From: an uncultured archaeon
GTDB taxonomy: Archaea > Thermoproteota > Nitrososphaeria > Nitrososphaerales > Gagatemarchaeaceae
Assembly: GCA_963799775.1 (NCBI GenBank)
Contig: CAWCYD010000003.1
Span: 1,600,001-1,664,000, forward strand
DNA: 64,000 nt
Reading direction: 5' to 3'
Shown here: piece by piece, positions 62,079 through 64,000 of the stretch
How positions within the stretch are numbered: the first letter of the stretch is position 1
Layout of the letters: each line of letters opens with the position of its first letter
Program-made: the position numbers and the translations under genes
The notes under the pieces: generated by a model
Told to the model about the DNA's origin: nothing
Database searches by the model: none
What the model saw: the letters and a program-made list of their open reading frames with translations, nothing else

Positions 62079-62354
62079 ATGAAACTACTTTGACCCCAAC
62101 TCTCGGAGGTGTTTATATGGCTTGTTAGTCTCGGAGGCTTCGCGAACCAATGCCACAGAAGAGGGACGAAGTGGTGGGAGAGGCCGATGACAGCGAGGAA
62201 GAGGAAGAGGCCGACAGGACGGAGGATGTCCACGAGAAGGCCCATCGTCGCAAGAGAGGCAAGGGCGCCTAGCAACCCTCGTTCGATTGGCTGCCGCTCG
62301 GCGAATATTTTCCATCTAACCTTTATGCGCACTTGACGACCGAACGAACTTCAG

Positions 62355-63190
62355 ATGATGCCCCAGCCTGAGGCAGGCCAGCGCACCTTCGTGCTCGTGG
62401 CTTCCTCCAAGAACCCGGCATCGAAGACGATCGCCTCAGCCCTCGTCCGAAACCATGGGTTCCAATCCACGGGGATCGCGTTCCAGTCCACGCCCCTCTA
62501 CCAGAGCGGCTCGGTCATCCTGGCGACGATGGACGAGGAGATCATCGAGCCCCCCGACCTTGACGCCTACTTCCGGGCCCAGGCGTACGTCTTCCTTTCC
62601 ACGCACAGGGCCGAGTCGGGGATCCCATCGCTGACGGTCCACACCACGGGGAACTTCACAGACAAGGCGGTCCTCGGCGCCAGGCCCAGGGAAGTGGGGA
62701 TGATAGACCCCGACCTGCAGAAGAACTACCTCATCGCGCTCCAGGAGAGGCGCTCCAAGCTCGAGGGCTACGAGGTGACGATAGAGGCGACGCACCACGG
62801 CCCGACGTCGCTGAAGCGGCCGGTCTTGTTCGTCGAACTCGGCTCGAGCGAGAGGCAGTGGGGCGACTCGCACGCAGCAGAGGTCATCGCGGACGCGCTC
62901 ATGTCCTCCCTCGCCTCCAACAAGAGCTGGGAGAAGGTCGCGATAGCATTCGGCGGGCCCACTACCCGCAGAAGTTCAACGACGTGCTGCTCAACGGCGA
63001 GTACGCTCTATCTGCCGTCGTCGCCAAGCACTACCTCGAATGGCTCGACTCGGAGCTCTTCGGGCAGATCATCCAGAGGACGACGAGGTTCCCCCGCTAC
63101 GTCTTGATCGACTGGAAGGGCGCTGGACCTCACAAGGAAAAGATAATATTGCTCTCCAAACAGTTCGCACTCGAAGTGGTTCGAGTTTGA
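62355..63190 (+). CDS. dtdA: D-aminoacyl-tRNA deacylase DTD2 (frameshift near 62955)
   Basis: LSTH, LTVHTTGN, EATHHGP, FVELGS, GG.HY. Confidence 0.9.
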
Positions 63191-63504
63191 GAATCAAGAC
63201 ATTCAACGATTCTGTCTATGCGATGACCTCCCTCATCCCGATGGGGAAGGTCACAACCTATGGGGCGATCGCCAAGGCGATCGGCTCGCCGCACGCTGCG
63301 AGGGCCGTGGGAAACGCGCTGGGAGCGAACAGCAATCCCATAGTCGTGCCTTGCCACCGCGTCGTCAGGGGCGATGGCGGGCTGGGGGGCTACTCGGGCG
63401 GCGAAGGGCCGGTGACCAAGGCGAAGCTGCTCGCGCGCGAGGGTGTGAAGGTCTCAGGCGGAAAGGTCAGCCTGGGCATGTACCTATTCACAGACTTCCG
63501 CTAG
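63187..63504 (+). CDS. ogt: O6-methylguanine-DNA methyltransferase (C-terminal domain only)
   Basis: GKVTTYG, ARAVG, PCHRV. Confidence 0.85.
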   Translation: MRIKTFNDSVYAMTSLIPMGKVTTYGAIAKAIGSPHAARAVGNALGANSNPIVVPCHRVVRGDGGLGGYSGGEGPVTKAKLLAREGVKVSGGKVSLGMYLFTDFR

Positions 63505-63510
63505 AGCTCT

Positions 63511-64000
63511 TCAGCTGACGAGCGACTCGGCGAACGACTTGGCGTCGAACCGCTTCAGGTCGTCGTAGCCCTGTCCCACGCCAAGGAATAGTATGGGCCT
63601 CTTCGTGGTGAAGGCTATCGACAGGGCCGCCCCCCCTTTCGCGTCCGCGTCCACCTTTGTGAGGATCGCGCCATCGAAGCCCGTGTACTTGCTGAAGAGC
63701 TCCGCCTGTGAGACCGCGTCGTTTCCTGCCAGGGAGTCACCGATGAAGATCTTCAGGTCGGGGTTCACGACGCGGACGATCTTTGACATCTCCTCCATGA
63801 GGTTCTGATTGGTCTGCATCCTCCCGGCAGAGTCGATGATGACCACGTCGACGTGGTGGGACTTTGCATAGAGGACGCCGTCGCGGGCCACGGCTGCAGG
63901 GTCGGCTCCGTATCTCTGAGCGACGACCTTCGCCGAGATGCGTTCGGCGTGCTCGGACAGCTGCTCTATGGCTCCGGCGCGGTGGGTGTCGCCGGCGGCT
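63511..64000 (-). CDS. ftsY: SRP receptor FtsY (partial, runs off window)
   Basis: DTHRAGA, DSAGR, TKVDADAKGG, GVGQGYDDL. Confidence 0.93.
   Translation of the reverse strand, partial: AAGDTHRAGAIEQLSEHAERISAKVVAQRYGADPAAVARDGVLYAKSHHVDVVIIDSAGRMQTNQNLMEEMSKIVRVVNPDLKIFIGDSLAGNDAVSQAELFSKYTGFDGAILTKVDADAKGGAALSIAFTTKRPILFLGVGQGYDDLKRFDAKSFAESLVS

Overview
Archaeal chromosomal window, most consistent with a GC-rich Nitrososphaerota (thaumarchaeal)-type lineage. This is inferred from Spt5, Rpl12p/P0, Tsr3, NreA, DTD2, archaeal RNase P RNA and leaderless TATA promoters. The right half (about 34-64 kb) is core genome: tsr3, rnpB, mre11-rad50-nreA, alaX, leuS, alaS, rpl12/10/1/11, spt5, secE, dtdA, ogt and ftsY, plus two intact IS elements with TIRs and TSDs. 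About 4.5-34 kb is an accessory island of roughly 25 secreted or membrane-anchored, Cys- and Ser/Thr-rich proteins built from shuffled domains, with three toxin-antitoxin pairs. The most striking signal is at 8.6-18.7 kb, where nine co-oriented ~22-bp direct repeats (consensus GGGTTCATTGCGCCTCCGCCGG) divide the island into 0.6-2.9 kb units of mostly one gene each. The reverse complement of the repeat resembles a tRNA 3' end plus trailer. No integrase is present, so this looks like an integron-like gene-cassette array without attC sites. It adjoins a membrane-tethered winged-helix regulator whose promoter carries a perfect 22-bp palindrome, and half-sites of that palindrome sit directly upstream of the BRE/TATA of five more island genes. 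Many genes, including essential leuS, alaS and rpl10, carry apparent frameshifts that are probably sequencing indels.
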